Shown: positions 18,659-27,616 of the stretch, one piece after another
How the letters are laid out: each line of letters opens with the position of its first letter
How positions within the stretch are numbered: position 1 is the stretch's first letter
NCBI GenBank assembly: GCA_003224905.1
Contig: QIAA01000051.1
Location: 516-64,515, forward strand
Source of the DNA: Acidobacteriota bacterium
GTDB taxonomy: Bacteria; Acidobacteriota; Terriglobia; Terriglobales; Acidobacteriaceae
DNA length: 64,000 nucleotides
Reading direction: 5' to 3'
Program-made: the position numbers and the translations under genes
Notes under the pieces: model-generated
Databases searched by the model: none
Told to the model about the DNA's origin: nothing
Seen by the model: the letters and a program-made list of their open reading frames with translations, nothing else

Positions 18659-19219
18659 TTACTTTGGCTGCAGAGTCTGGGCGATCATGACCTGGCGCTT
18701 GAAATTCTCGACCATGTTTTCGTCCAGGCGGACTTCGGTCGGCTTCTTGGCCAATGACATCTGATCGATCTTGTCCTGCAACTTGAGCAGGGCGTAGAAC
18801 AGGTTCTCGGGACGCGGGGGGCAGCCGATTACGTAGACATCCGTGGGAACGATTTTGTCGACGCCTTGCAGAACGGCGTAGGTGTTGAACGGGCCGCCGA
18901 CCGAGGAGCAGGCGCCCATCGAGATCACCCACTTGGGGTCAGGCATCTGGTCGTAGATGCGCTTCAGCACCGGGGCCATCTTTAAGGTGACGGTTCCGGC
19001 AACGATCATCAGATCGCTCTGGCGGGGGCTGGGACGAAAGACTTCTGAGCCGAAGCGCGCGATATCGAAGCGGGCGGTCGATGAGGCGATCATTTCGATG
19101 GCGCAGCAGGCCAGGCCGAAGGTCATCGGCCAGACGGCGGATTTGCGCGCCCAGTTGAAGACGTAGTCGACCGTGGTGATCAGGAAATTCTTCTCGAACT
19201 TGTTCTGTAGCCAGGCCAT
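18659..19219 (-). CDS. nuoB: NADH-quinone oxidoreductase subunit B
   Basis: [14 protein letters not shown]...[13 protein letters not shown]...[11 protein letters not shown]...GCPPRPE carries the N2 cluster cysteines. No nuoA or nuoC gene is adjacent. Confidence 0.9.
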   Translation of the reverse strand: MAWLQNKFEKNFLITTVDYVFNWARKSAVWPMTFGLACCAIEMIASSTARFDIARFGSEVFRPSPRQSDLMIVAGTVTLKMAPVLKRIYDQMPDPKWVISMGACSSVGGPFNTYAVLQGVDKIVPTDVYVIGCPPRPENLFYALLKLQDKIDQMSLAKKPTEVRLDENMVENFKRQVMIAQTLQPK

Positions 19220-19323
19220 TCGAGTCCTTGGGAACCGCTAGAATGTTTGCGGCGGAACAAGAACATTTTAGCCTAGGTTGGGCCAAACAGGCTGTCAATT
19301 CACGTTCGCCGCGTAACGTCGTC

Positions 19324-19368
19324 GGTTAACCACAGAGGACACAGAGGGGCACAGAGGAAACACGAAGG
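19324..19368 (+). repeat. TTAACC-ACAGAGG family repeat
   Basis: GGTTAACCACAGAGGACACAGAGGGGCACAGAGGAAACACGAAGG has three copies of (G/A)CACAGAGG and ends 8 nt before the macro-domain start codon. Confidence 0.65.
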
Positions 19369-19375
19369 CTCTGCT

Positions 19376-19933
19376 ATGAAGATCGAGGTCGTTCAAGGCG
19401 ACATCACGCAGCAGGCGGATATCGATGCCATCGTGAATGCTGCCAATACGGAATTGATATTGGGCTCGGGCGTCGCGGGGGCCATCTTTCGGCGGGGAGG
19501 AGCTGAGATTGATCGTGAGGGACAGACGAAAGGTCCAATCAAGCTCGGCGAGGCCGCGGTGACAGGCGCGGGACGATTGCCGAATAAGTATGTGATTCAT
19601 GCGGCGGCGATGGGCTATCGCCCGGAAGATGCACAGGTTCCGAAGCGGGCGGGATCGCTTTCGAGCGCAGCGATTATTGCCGACGCTACGCGCAATAGCT
19701 TGCGGAGGGCGGACGAATTGAAAATAGCAAGCGTTGCCTTCCCTGCCCTGGCAACCGGCGTGGCGGCGTTTCCTGTGGACGAGTGCGCGGAGACGATGAT
19801 TACGGCGGTGCGAGAGTACGGGCGGGAGCATCTGGCGAGCAGTGTGCGGCTGGTGCGGTTTGTGGTTTTTGGGCGAGAGGACTATGGAATTTTTCAGAAG
19901 TATCTCGAGCCGGCGGAAAACAATCGAGCTTAG
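19376..19933 (+). CDS. Macro domain protein (ADP-ribose / O-acetyl-ADP-ribose hydrolase type)
   Basis: MKIEVVQGDITQQADIDAIVNAANTELILGSGVAGAI...YVIHAA...SVAFPALATG. Confidence 0.85.
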   Translation: MKIEVVQGDITQQADIDAIVNAANTELILGSGVAGAIFRRGGAEIDREGQTKGPIKLGEAAVTGAGRLPNKYVIHAAAMGYRPEDAQVPKRAGSLSSAAIIADATRNSLRRADELKIASVAFPALATGVAAFPVDECAETMITAVREYGREHLASSVRLVRFVVFGREDYGIFQKYLEPAENNRA

Positions 19934-19971
19934 GCTCGGATTCCAGGTTCCTGCATCGACTCCAAATGCAT

Positions 19972-20009
19972 GGATCCTTCGGGCTCGCGATGCTCACCCT
20001 CAGATGACA
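19972..20009 (+). repeat. Hairpin repeat, TCCTTCG...CTCAGATGACA family (copy B, degenerate)
   Basis: GGATCCTTCGGGCTCGCGATGCTCACCCTCAGATGACA. Confidence 0.55.
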
Positions 20010-20036
20010 TCGTAACAAGGAGTCGGAGGAAAGAGC

Positions 20037-20648
20037 TTGTCTCAAATCACTGCACTTTTCTGGGATGTGGGCGGTGTTCTCTTGACGAATGCGTGGGACC
20101 GGGAGCAGCGGGAACGGGCGCTTGAGGAGTTCAAGCTTGATGAAGTGGAGTTTCATGACCGGCATGAGATGGTGGTGTCGTCGCTCGAACGCGGAAAGAT
20201 TTCCTTTGATGAGTATCTGGATCGGACGATTTTCTATCGTCAGCGGTCGTTTACGCGCGAGACGTTCAAGCAATACATCTTTTCATTGTCGCAAGCGCAT
20301 GAGGATGTGCTGGCGTTCGCGCGCGCATTGGCGAATTGCGGCAAATATTTGATGGCAACGATCAACAATGAATCGATCGAGCTGAACCTCTACCGGATTG
20401 AGAAGTTCGGATTGCGGGGCGTGTTCACCGACTTCTTCAGTTCCTGCTTTGTAGGATTGCGGAAGCCGGAAGAAGGGATTTACCGGCTGTCGCTGGATGT
20501 CACGCAGAAGCAACCCCAAGAATGCTGCTTTATTGATGATCGGGATCTCAACCTGGAGTGCGCGCGGTCGCTGGGTGTGCATACGATCGAAATGAAAGAT
20601 CTCAGCCAGTTGCAGCAGGAGCTGCGGAAGCTGGGGGTCACGACGTGA
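20037..20648 (+). CDS. HAD family phosphatase
   Basis: TTG start 7 nt after GGAGGA. Motif I LFWDVGGVLLTNAWD. Later NNES and FIDDRDLN. Confidence 0.75.
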   Translation: MSQITALFWDVGGVLLTNAWDREQRERALEEFKLDEVEFHDRHEMVVSSLERGKISFDEYLDRTIFYRQRSFTRETFKQYIFSLSQAHEDVLAFARALANCGKYLMATINNESIELNLYRIEKFGLRGVFTDFFSSCFVGLRKPEEGIYRLSLDVTQKQPQECCFIDDRDLNLECARSLGVHTIEMKDLSQLQQELRKLGVTT

Positions 20649-20672
20649 CTTCGCCGGGAGACAGCTTGGAAG

Positions 20673-21647
20673 TTATGGCTTGCGGGGAATGCGCTGCGCC
20701 GGAGTGAGCGGCATACCAGGCTTGGGGGCGGGTTCCGGCGTGCCCAGGCTCAAGTCATTGGACCAGCTGTCAGCGGCTATCTTCCATTCGTTCGCGGCCT
20801 GGCGTTTCACCACGAGCAGATATTTTCCGCGTTCTTCCCGCCGTTTTCCCATGGCGATGGGAACGAGGCTCTTGCATTTGCCGGCTTCGTAAGCGATATC
20901 ACCAAAGATTTCCACCCGCAGGGTTTCGAGTTCCACCTCACCAAAGCCGCTGTCCAGGACGCCAAAAAAGAATTCGCGAATGGCCGCGGTGCCTCGAACG
21001 GCGGGAACATTGGGGCGGAGGACGGTGGCGTCCGCGAGGTAGAGTTCAATCAGGTCCTCAAGCTGTTTGGTGTTGCAGGACTGAGCCCAATCCTGAGTGA
21101 CGTTGCGTACAGCTGCTTCGGCGCGGCTGAGGCCGGCTCCGGCGAGCGGGCCGCGAATTCTGGGCATTTCCCGCGCGGCGCCGCTGTCGGGAGGAATGCG
21201 GGCGTCAAAAGGGGCGGACGAGGGCACCCCGTCTGCAGGGGAAAGGTAATGGTGGTGGTAGTGGTGATGATAATAATGATGTCCCGGGGACGCCGGCAGG
21301 GATGGGTTTGGCGCGCTCGCGACGGGCTGTGGCTCCGCCGAGGAAATGGGGACACCGCAATGAGCGCAGAACCTGTGTCCCGGACGGTTGGGCTTGCCGC
21401 AGGAGGAGCATATGGGGCCAGTTCCCTGCTCCGCTTCGGCGCTGAATGACTCTTCGATGTCTGCCTCCAGTGCCAGGCGCTGAATTGCCTGAAGGGCGGC
21501 GGCGACCGATTCCTCGCCAGATTTTGGGGACTTCAGGCCATCTTTGAGACGAGCCAAGAGCTCATCCACTTCGGCGTCGCGAAACTCCGATTGGCGCGCA
21601 AGCGGCTGATCTGTTCGGCCTGCTCCCTGATTCTGTTGCTGGTCCAC
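20673..21647 (-). CDS. Zinc-ribbon / His-Tyr-rich / DUF4440 (SnoaL-like) three-part protein
   Basis: CSSCGKPNRPGHRFCAHCG is a zinc ribbon. PGHHYYHHHYHHHYLSP is a His-Tyr-rich linker. The C-terminal ~120 aa has an NTF2-like pattern (LEDLIELYLADATVLRPNVPAVRGTAAIREFF...WKIAADSW). Confidence 0.6.
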   Translation of the reverse strand: MDQQQNQGAGRTDQPLARQSEFRDAEVDELLARLKDGLKSPKSGEESVAAALQAIQRLALEADIEESFSAEAEQGTGPICSSCGKPNRPGHRFCAHCGVPISSAEPQPVASAPNPSLPASPGHHYYHHHYHHHYLSPADGVPSSAPFDARIPPDSGAAREMPRIRGPLAGAGLSRAEAAVRNVTQDWAQSCNTKQLEDLIELYLADATVLRPNVPAVRGTAAIREFFFGVLDSGFGEVELETLRVEIFGDIAYEAGKCKSLVPIAMGKRREERGKYLLVVKRQAANEWKIAADSWSNDLSLGTPEPAPKPGMPLTPAQRIPRKP

Positions 21648-21717
21648 GTCCGCGTGCCCTGACAGGCCATTCTAGTCGAAAACGATGAGTATGCTGCCGA
21701 ACGGAAGTAATTCTCTC

Positions 21718-21736
21718 GACAATGCTGATGATTATG
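21718..21736. promoter_or_regulatory. Candidate Fur box upstream of the TonB-dependent receptor
   Basis: GACAATGCTGATGATTATG matches 14 of 19 positions of GATAATGATAATCATTATC by my alignment. It ends 20 nt before the ATG at 21757. Confidence 0.3.
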
Positions 21737-21756
21737 GTTTACACCTGCATAACTGA

Positions 21757-24060
21757 ATGGAGCGGACGCTGAGGCAATTTCGGATTCGGCCGGTTGTCTT
21801 GCAGTGGCTGATGATTGTATTGCTGGGACTCGGCCACTCGCGGGCGCAGAGCAGCCCAGCAGATCTGCTTCGCGGAGTAGTGAAGGATCAGACGGGCGCA
21901 GCCGTGGTTTTGGCGAAAGTGGTGCTGCGAAGTGAGCCGAACGCCACCCAGGCGACGAATGAAAGGGGAGAATTTGCTTTCTCGCCTGCTCCAAGAGAAA
22001 CGGCGCAGGTGGAGGTTTCGGCTAGTGGATTCGAGACGCGGATCGTGGAATGGCGGCCAGGATCGGACGGGGTGGAGATTGTTCTCAGGCCGGCAGTGCC
22101 GGGGCAAGAGATCACCGTCAGTGCCAACCGTACCAGCACCAGGTTGGTAGAGACGCCGACCAGCGTTGTCGTTCTTTCGCGGGATGATCTGAACGCAACC
22201 GCCGCTTTCAGAACGGATGACATGTTGCGCCAGGTGCCGGGCTTCAGCCTGTTCCGTCGAACTACAAGCCGGACCGCAAATCCGACGGCGCAGGGAGTGT
22301 CGCTGCGGGGATTGGGAGCGAGTGGCGCGAGCAGGGCTCTGGTGCTGGTGGACGGATTTCCGCTCAATGATCCATTCGGCGGATGGGTGTACTGGGACCG
22401 GGTGCCGCGGGAGGAGATCGAGAGCATCGAGGTGGCGGGCGGTGGAGCTTCGCACCTGTATGGTTCTGACGCTCTGGGCGGAGTTATCAGCATCCTGCGC
22501 AAGCCGGTGGACACGGATGAGCTTTCGTTGGAAGCTGCTTACGGAAACGAGAACACGCCTGACGTGTCGTTTGCCGGCAGCCGAAGGATGGGGCAGTGGT
22601 CCGGGGGATTGAGCGCGGAGCTATTCCGAACCGACGGATACATTGCAGTTCCCGGCGATCAAAGGGGGGTGGTCGATACGCCGGTGAACTCGCAGGACAT
22701 TACTGGCGGGGTGACGCTGCAAAGAAGGTTTGGAGACGTGGGATCAGTGTTTGTGAGGGGATCGGTTTTCGGAGAAGAGCGTAACAACGGAACACCGCTG
22801 CAAACCAACAGCACTACGATTCGCGAGCTGGATGTTGGCGGGGACTGGAATAGCAGGCTGGGTTCGTTTGCGCTGCGCGCGTACGCCGACCGGCAGCACT
22901 ATGCGCAGGTCTTCTCCAGCATTGCGGCGGACCGCAGCAGCGAGACGCCTACGCGAGATCAGCAAGTTCCGGCGCAACGGACAGGTTTTTCCGCGCAATG
23001 GCGTGACAGCATTGGAACCCGGCAGCATCTGGTTGCGGGGCTGGAAGAATGGAATACGCACGGCACAGATGATGAACTTGGGATATTCGTGGCCGGAGTG
23101 CCTACGGCCGAGTTGCTGGCTGGAGGGAGAGAAGTGAACTGGGGCGGGTACGCTGAGGATATTGTTCGACTCAGCTCGCGTTGGCTGCTGACCGTGAGCG
23201 GGCGCGTTGACCGCTGGCAGAATTTCGGTGCATTCACTTCGGGCCTGCAACCGATCGGTGGGGTTGCGGTGACGCCTTTAGCTGACCGAACTGAGAGATT
23301 CTTCAGTCCGAGAGTTGCCTTGCTGCATAAGCTGACGAATAGCATTTCGCTTACGGCGTCTGGCTATCGCTCTTTCCGCGCGCCCACTTTGAACGAGCTC
23401 TATCGCAGCTTTCGGGTTGGCAACGTGTTTACGCAATCGAATACTGATCTTCGGGCGGAACGGCTGACCGGAGCGGAAGGTGGAGCGATTCTTACCACCT
23501 GGGATCAACGGCTGATGCTGCGGAGCACGTTTTTCTGGAATGACATCACGCGTCCGGTGGGGAACGTAACACTCTCATCGACGCCGACTCTGATAACCAG
23601 AATGCGAGAGAACCTTGGGCGGACGCGCTCGCAGGGCGTGGAGCTCGAGGCTGCGGCACGCGTCAACAATGCACTGACGCTTTCCGGAGGCTATGAGTAC
23701 ACGGATGCGACGGTTGTCGATTTTTCAACTGCGCCAACTCTGGTTGGCCGGGATGTTCCGCAGATTCCGCGGAACGTATTCACTTTTCAGGCACGTTATT
23801 CCAAGCCTTTCATTCTGCTCGCAGTGCAGGGACGCTACATCGGCAATCAGTTTGATGATGACCAGAATTCGCTGCTGTTGCGGCGGTACTTCACTGTAGA
23901 CACCACGGTCTCGCACACGCTGCGGGCGGGAGCGGAGTTGTTCGTCGCCATCGAGAACCTATTCAATCGGCGCTACGACGTTGGGCGGACTCCGGTTCTT
24001 ACCATCGGCCCGCCGATCCTGGCGCGCGCGGGAGTAAGACTGCAGTTCGGCGGAAGATAG
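21757..24060 (+). CDS. TonB-dependent receptor with N-terminal carboxypeptidase-regulatory-like domain
   Basis: 767 aa with a signal peptide. GVVKDQTGAAV...GEF is the CarboxypepD_reg part. The plug is LRQVPGFS...SLRGLG...VLVDGFPLNDPFGG. The rest is C-terminal beta-barrel. Confidence 0.85.
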   Translation: MERTLRQFRIRPVVLQWLMIVLLGLGHSRAQSSPADLLRGVVKDQTGAAVVLAKVVLRSEPNATQATNERGEFAFSPAPRETAQVEVSASGFETRIVEWRPGSDGVEIVLRPAVPGQEITVSANRTSTRLVETPTSVVVLSRDDLNATAAFRTDDMLRQVPGFSLFRRTTSRTANPTAQGVSLRGLGASGASRALVLVDGFPLNDPFGGWVYWDRVPREEIESIEVAGGGASHLYGSDALGGVISILRKPVDTDELSLEAAYGNENTPDVSFAGSRRMGQWSGGLSAELFRTDGYIAVPGDQRGVVDTPVNSQDITGGVTLQRRFGDVGSVFVRGSVFGEERNNGTPLQTNSTTIRELDVGGDWNSRLGSFALRAYADRQHYAQVFSSIAADRSSETPTRDQQVPAQRTGFSAQWRDSIGTRQHLVAGLEEWNTHGTDDELGIFVAGVPTAELLAGGREVNWGGYAEDIVRLSSRWLLTVSGRVDRWQNFGAFTSGLQPIGGVAVTPLADRTERFFSPRVALLHKLTNSISLTASGYRSFRAPTLNELYRSFRVGNVFTQSNTDLRAERLTGAEGGAILTTWDQRLMLRSTFFWNDITRPVGNVTLSSTPTLITRMRENLGRTRSQGVELEAAARVNNALTLSGGYEYTDATVVDFSTAPTLVGRDVPQIPRNVFTFQARYSKPFILLAVQGRYIGNQFDDDQNSLLLRRYFTVDTTVSHTLRAGAELFVAIENLFNRRYDVGRTPVLTIGPPILARAGVRLQFGGR

Positions 24061-24223
24061 CGGACCATCTTCGGCAGAACAAATCCTCTACGCGATCCGG
24101 CGTGCTAGTCTGGTCGTTGCGGGAAACGAACGCAAAACAGCCACACCTCGGCGCACAATCAGGACACCAATCCGGTGTTCGCTACTCGAATGTCAGCCGA
24201 ACACTGAAACAGATTTCAATCGC

Positions 24224-24388
24224 TTATTGTATGGAACTGCTTACGGACGAGAAGACGTTGTTGGCGTTAGTTCCGACCAGGCGGATAGTGCCTACAACGA
24301 TCACCAGAATCACCGCCAACATGACGGCGTACTCGGCGATGTCCTGACCACGATCGTCATTCCACAAGCTGCGAAGGATACTTGTCAT
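24224..24388 (-). CDS. flp: Flp/Fap family type IVb pilin (54 aa), not in the ORF track
   Basis: My translation: MTSILRSLWNDDRGQDIAEYAVMLAVILVIVVGTIRLVGTNANNVFSSVSSSIQ. It has the Flp motif G/QxxxEY followed by a hydrophobic helix, and AAGGA lies upstream of the ATG. Confidence 0.75.
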   Translation of the reverse strand: MTSILRSLWNDDRGQDIAEYAVMLAVILVIVVGTIRLVGTNANNVFSSVSSSIQ

Positions 24389-24738
24389 TTTTTTCCTTTA
24401 TTGCGAATCACGCAGCCGGGGGCTGGATGATCCGGGGGAGTTGAATTCATTTATTGTTCGGCTGGATGCTTTGGACTGCGATGGCTGGTAGTGCTCTCTA
24501 CTTTCCTGCGATTCTGCACTTGGGATTCATCTCTGTCAAGCGCGTTTCAGTGCAGGAATTCACAGGTTTTGTTGATCGTTATCCACAATGAAAATATTCG
24601 TGCGTTATGCGATGAAATACACGTCCGTGTGCACACTCATCCCAGCACATAAGCGAGTTGACGGTGCAGGTGAGCTGCTTAGAAAAAGAGGATGTCGAGG
24701 ACACCGTTCGGGGGCTACAATTAAAGGATTAAATATCC

Positions 24739-25029
24739 ATGAACAATCCCTTTGAGAGCATCGAGAGCGCTCAGGAATACTTCCAATATCTCGCTGAGGC
24801 TATTCTTGAGGCTAAGGAATCGGTTAGGACCGACATTGCCGCGAACTCTACCCCGGAGCTGCGACGGCGACAGGAAGCGCTGAAGTTGGCTCTCTATAAG
24901 CTGGACAGGCTGGAACAGCACACAAAGTCAAGCCGGCGGTTGCTGAATGATTTGCGCACACTGCGGCGGCTTCTGCTCGAGGAGAGAGTGGAAGCGGGAG
25001 CCGTTGTAGAAGAGCAGCGGGGCGGGTAG
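24739..25029 (+). CDS. Hypothetical small helical protein
   Basis: 96 aa with charged heptad-like helices. AAGGA lies upstream. No family recognised. Confidence 0.4.
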   Translation: MNNPFESIESAQEYFQYLAEAILEAKESVRTDIAANSTPELRRRQEALKLALYKLDRLEQHTKSSRRLLNDLRTLRRLLLEERVEAGAVVEEQRGG

Positions 25030-25165
25030 TCTGGCGCAAGTTTCCTGAGTCAAATCCTCTACCGATCAGGCGGAGCACGAGCGCTCCCCAATTCTTCTGC
25101 GCTGTGATGGGAGCTACCGTGGGAAGAATTCCCCGATGCGGCACGGGTCCTACCGGCAGTCTCGG

Positions 25166-25222
25166 GGTCCTTCGACGGCATTGTCGTTTCGCTTCGCGAA
25201 CGACAACTCTGCTCAGGTCAGC
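25166..25222 (+). repeat. Hairpin repeat, GGTCCTTCG...CTCAGG family (copy D)
   Basis: GGTCCTTCGACGGCATTGTCGTTTCGCTTCGCGAACGACAACTCTGCTCAGGTCAGC. The central stem TTGTCGTTTCGC / GCGAACGACAA has one bulge. Confidence 0.65.
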
Positions 25223-25328
25223 GGATTTTCTTGCAAAACTCTTCATTCTTATTTCAGAACTGAATTCACGCGATGCGATGGTACCTGTTATGCTTTGCGG
25301 GCTTCACGCAAGGCGCGTGGCGAGCCAT

Positions 25329-26417
25329 ATGCAAACATCACGACTGAATGTGGCCATGATTGGGCACGGCTTTATTGGCAGAGTGCATTCCAATGCGTTT
25401 CATCAGGCCGCGCATTTCTTTCAAATCCCCTACGAGCTGAACCTCAAGGTGGTGTGCGGGCGCAATCGTGCCACGCTGGAAGCTATGGCATCGCAGTGGA
25501 ATTGGGAAGAGGTTGCAACGGACTGGACGCAGGTCGTGACCAGGCCAGACATTCAAGTTGTGGACATCGCGGTGCCGAATGTGCTGCACGCGCCAATTGC
25601 GATATCTGCGGCTCAGGCGGGCAAGATTGTTCTCTGCGAGAAGCCGCTTGCCGCGTCGGTCCAAGAGGCCGAACAAATGGCCGAGGCTGCGCGGCGCGTT
25701 CCTAATCTCGTGTGGTTCAACTATCGCCGGGTTCCCGCGGTTGGCTTCGCGAAGCGATTACTGGATGAAGGACGGCTGGGCAAGATTTTTCATTATCGTG
25801 CGCTATATCTGAATCAATCGGGCAACGATCCATCGAAGGCATCGGGGTGGAGATATCGGCGTGCGGAAGCGGGATCGGGCGTCAGCGGCGATCTGCTGTC
25901 GCACGTTATCGATATGGCTACCTATCTGAATGGAAACATCGCAGAGCTTTGTGCGACAACGCACACGTTCGCTTCCGGTCGCGATGTGGATGATGCGGCA
26001 ATTGTGATGGTGCGTTTTAAAAACGGAAGCGTGGGTAGTTTTGAAGCCAGCCGCTATGGAGTTGGATGTAGCAATCGGAATGTTTTCGAGATCAACGGCT
26101 CACAAGGCATGTTGCGATTCGATCTGGAAGATATGAACCGGCTGGAGTTTTTCGATGCCACGCAGCCGCCGAATTTAAGAGGCACACGGAAGCTTCTCGT
26201 GACCGGTCCCGACCAGCCATACGCAGAAAATTTCTGGAAGCCTGGACATACGATTGGGTACGAGCATTCGTTCATTGCCACTCTCGGCGACTTTTTCACC
26301 GCTCTGTCGCGGCAGGAAGTGTTCCGTCCCAGTTTTGGCGATGGCCTCGCTGTACAGCGGGTGCTGGAGAGGGTGCACAAATCTGCGGAGACAGGGGCGT
26401 GGATCAAGTGTAATTAG
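25329..26417 (+). CDS. Gfo/Idh/MocA family oxidoreductase
   Basis: LNVAMIGHGFIGRVHSNAF is the Rossmann N-terminus, followed by EKPLA. I place the start at the ATG at 25329. The track extension from 25104 runs through a repeat element. Confidence 0.8.
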   Translation: MQTSRLNVAMIGHGFIGRVHSNAFHQAAHFFQIPYELNLKVVCGRNRATLEAMASQWNWEEVATDWTQVVTRPDIQVVDIAVPNVLHAPIAISAAQAGKIVLCEKPLAASVQEAEQMAEAARRVPNLVWFNYRRVPAVGFAKRLLDEGRLGKIFHYRALYLNQSGNDPSKASGWRYRRAEAGSGVSGDLLSHVIDMATYLNGNIAELCATTHTFASGRDVDDAAIVMVRFKNGSVGSFEASRYGVGCSNRNVFEINGSQGMLRFDLEDMNRLEFFDATQPPNLRGTRKLLVTGPDQPYAENFWKPGHTIGYEHSFIATLGDFFTALSRQEVFRPSFGDGLAVQRVLERVHKSAETGAWIKCN

Positions 26418-26425
26418 GTCTACTT

Positions 26426-27616
26426 CTATGGAGAGGCGAGCTTCAGCACGTTTCCGCCACTATAGTCCAGAACGTACACTTCCCCGCTTTCATCCTGGCC
26501 GAAGGAACTGAGAGTTAACGCCTTCGAGAGCAGAGTGCTGCGCGTCCAGGTACCGGGAGCTGTCTCCTGCAATCCCCAGATCTTCCCCCCGCTGAGATCT
26601 CCAAAAACGTAGATACCGCTGAGGTTTGGAATGGCGCTGCCCTTGTATACGTAGCCTCCGATCACGGCACTGCCTTCATTGTGATCGTATTCGGCGATTG
26701 GCAAGATCTTATTGTTCATGTCGCAACCGCTGGATGGATTAAAGCAGTGGGCACCTTCCATGACACTCCAGCCGAAATTCCCGCCTTTCTGAAGGAGGTC
26801 GATTTCTTCAAACTGATTCTGGCCGACATCTGCACAGAAGAGGCGAGTTCCTTCCCGCTCGAAGGAAAAGCGCCAGGGATTGCGGAAGCCATATGCCCAG
26901 ATTTCCGGCAGCGCGCCTGAAGTCGAAACAAACGGATTGTCGGCAGGTATGGCGTACTGTAACCCCGGGCTGGTGTTACTCACATCAATACGGAGCATCT
27001 TCCCCAAGAGTGTGGCCAAGCTTTGTCCGTTACCGAAGGGATCGGGAGGGCCTGAATTTCCGCCATCGCCTAAGCCAATGTATAGAAGTCGGTCGGGACC
27101 AAAAGCCAACTGGCCACCTTTATGGTTTGGGAATGGCTGATCCACGAGCAGGAGAATGCGTTCGCTGTTCGGGTCGGCCTGGTCGGCGTTTGAAGAGGTA
27201 TGGTATTCGGCAATCACGGTCTGCATCTGAGATCCGGAGACACGGTCATAGTTCAAGTAAAAAAGATGATTTTGGCTGTAGTCGGGATGGAAAGCGAGAC
27301 CGAGCAACCCTTTCTCGCCGCCAAAATCGACTTTGCTGCTGATATCCAGGAACGGCACCGATACGAGAGCGCCGCCGGAAATGATGCGAATTGTGCCCGG
27401 CTGCTCCACGATGAAGAAGCGGCCAGATCCATCATTCGGGACCTGGAAGTCCACTGGGCTGGTCAGGCCACCCGCGACGTTGGTTAAGACCAGATTTGCG
27501 GGCGGCGGCGGAGGCGGGGTCATGGAATTCGACCGGCTTCCACCGCACGCTATTAGCGAGCTGCCGATTCCCAACAGAGCTGCGCCTAGAAGCATCCGAT
27601 ACGTTCTTGGCGTCAT
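26426..27616 (-). CDS. PQQ-dependent sugar dehydrogenase (soluble aldose dehydrogenase beta-propeller), lipoprotein
   Basis: Lipobox SSLIACGG. GLLGLAFHPDY...HKGGQLAFGPD..LYIGLGDGG...RNPWRFSF...DVGQNQFEEI is typical of the sGDH/YliI family. Confidence 0.8.
   Translation of the reverse strand: MTPRTYRMLLGAALLGIGSSLIACGGSRSNSMTPPPPPPANLVLTNVAGGLTSPVDFQVPNDGSGRFFIVEQPGTIRIISGGALVSVPFLDISSKVDFGGEKGLLGLAFHPDYSQNHLFYLNYDRVSGSQMQTVIAEYHTSSNADQADPNSERILLLVDQPFPNHKGGQLAFGPDRLLYIGLGDGGNSGPPDPFGNGQSLATLLGKMLRIDVSNTSPGLQYAIPADNPFVSTSGALPEIWAYGFRNPWRFSFEREGTRLFCADVGQNQFEEIDLLQKGGNFGWSVMEGAHCFNPSSGCDMNNKILPIAEYDHNEGSAVIGGYVYKGSAIPNLSGIYVFGDLSGGKIWGLQETAPGTWTRSTLLSKALTLSSFGQDESGEVYVLDYSGGNVLKLASP

Noticed and set aside
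24102-24430. Two + strand track ORFs of 81 and 67 aa
   Set aside because: They are antisense to the convincing Flp pilin ORF and have no start context or motifs of their own.
25104-25328. 75-codon N-terminal extension of the Gfo/Idh/MocA ORF
   Set aside because: It reads through the hairpin repeat at 25166-25222. The Rossmann N-terminus starts at the ATG at 25329.
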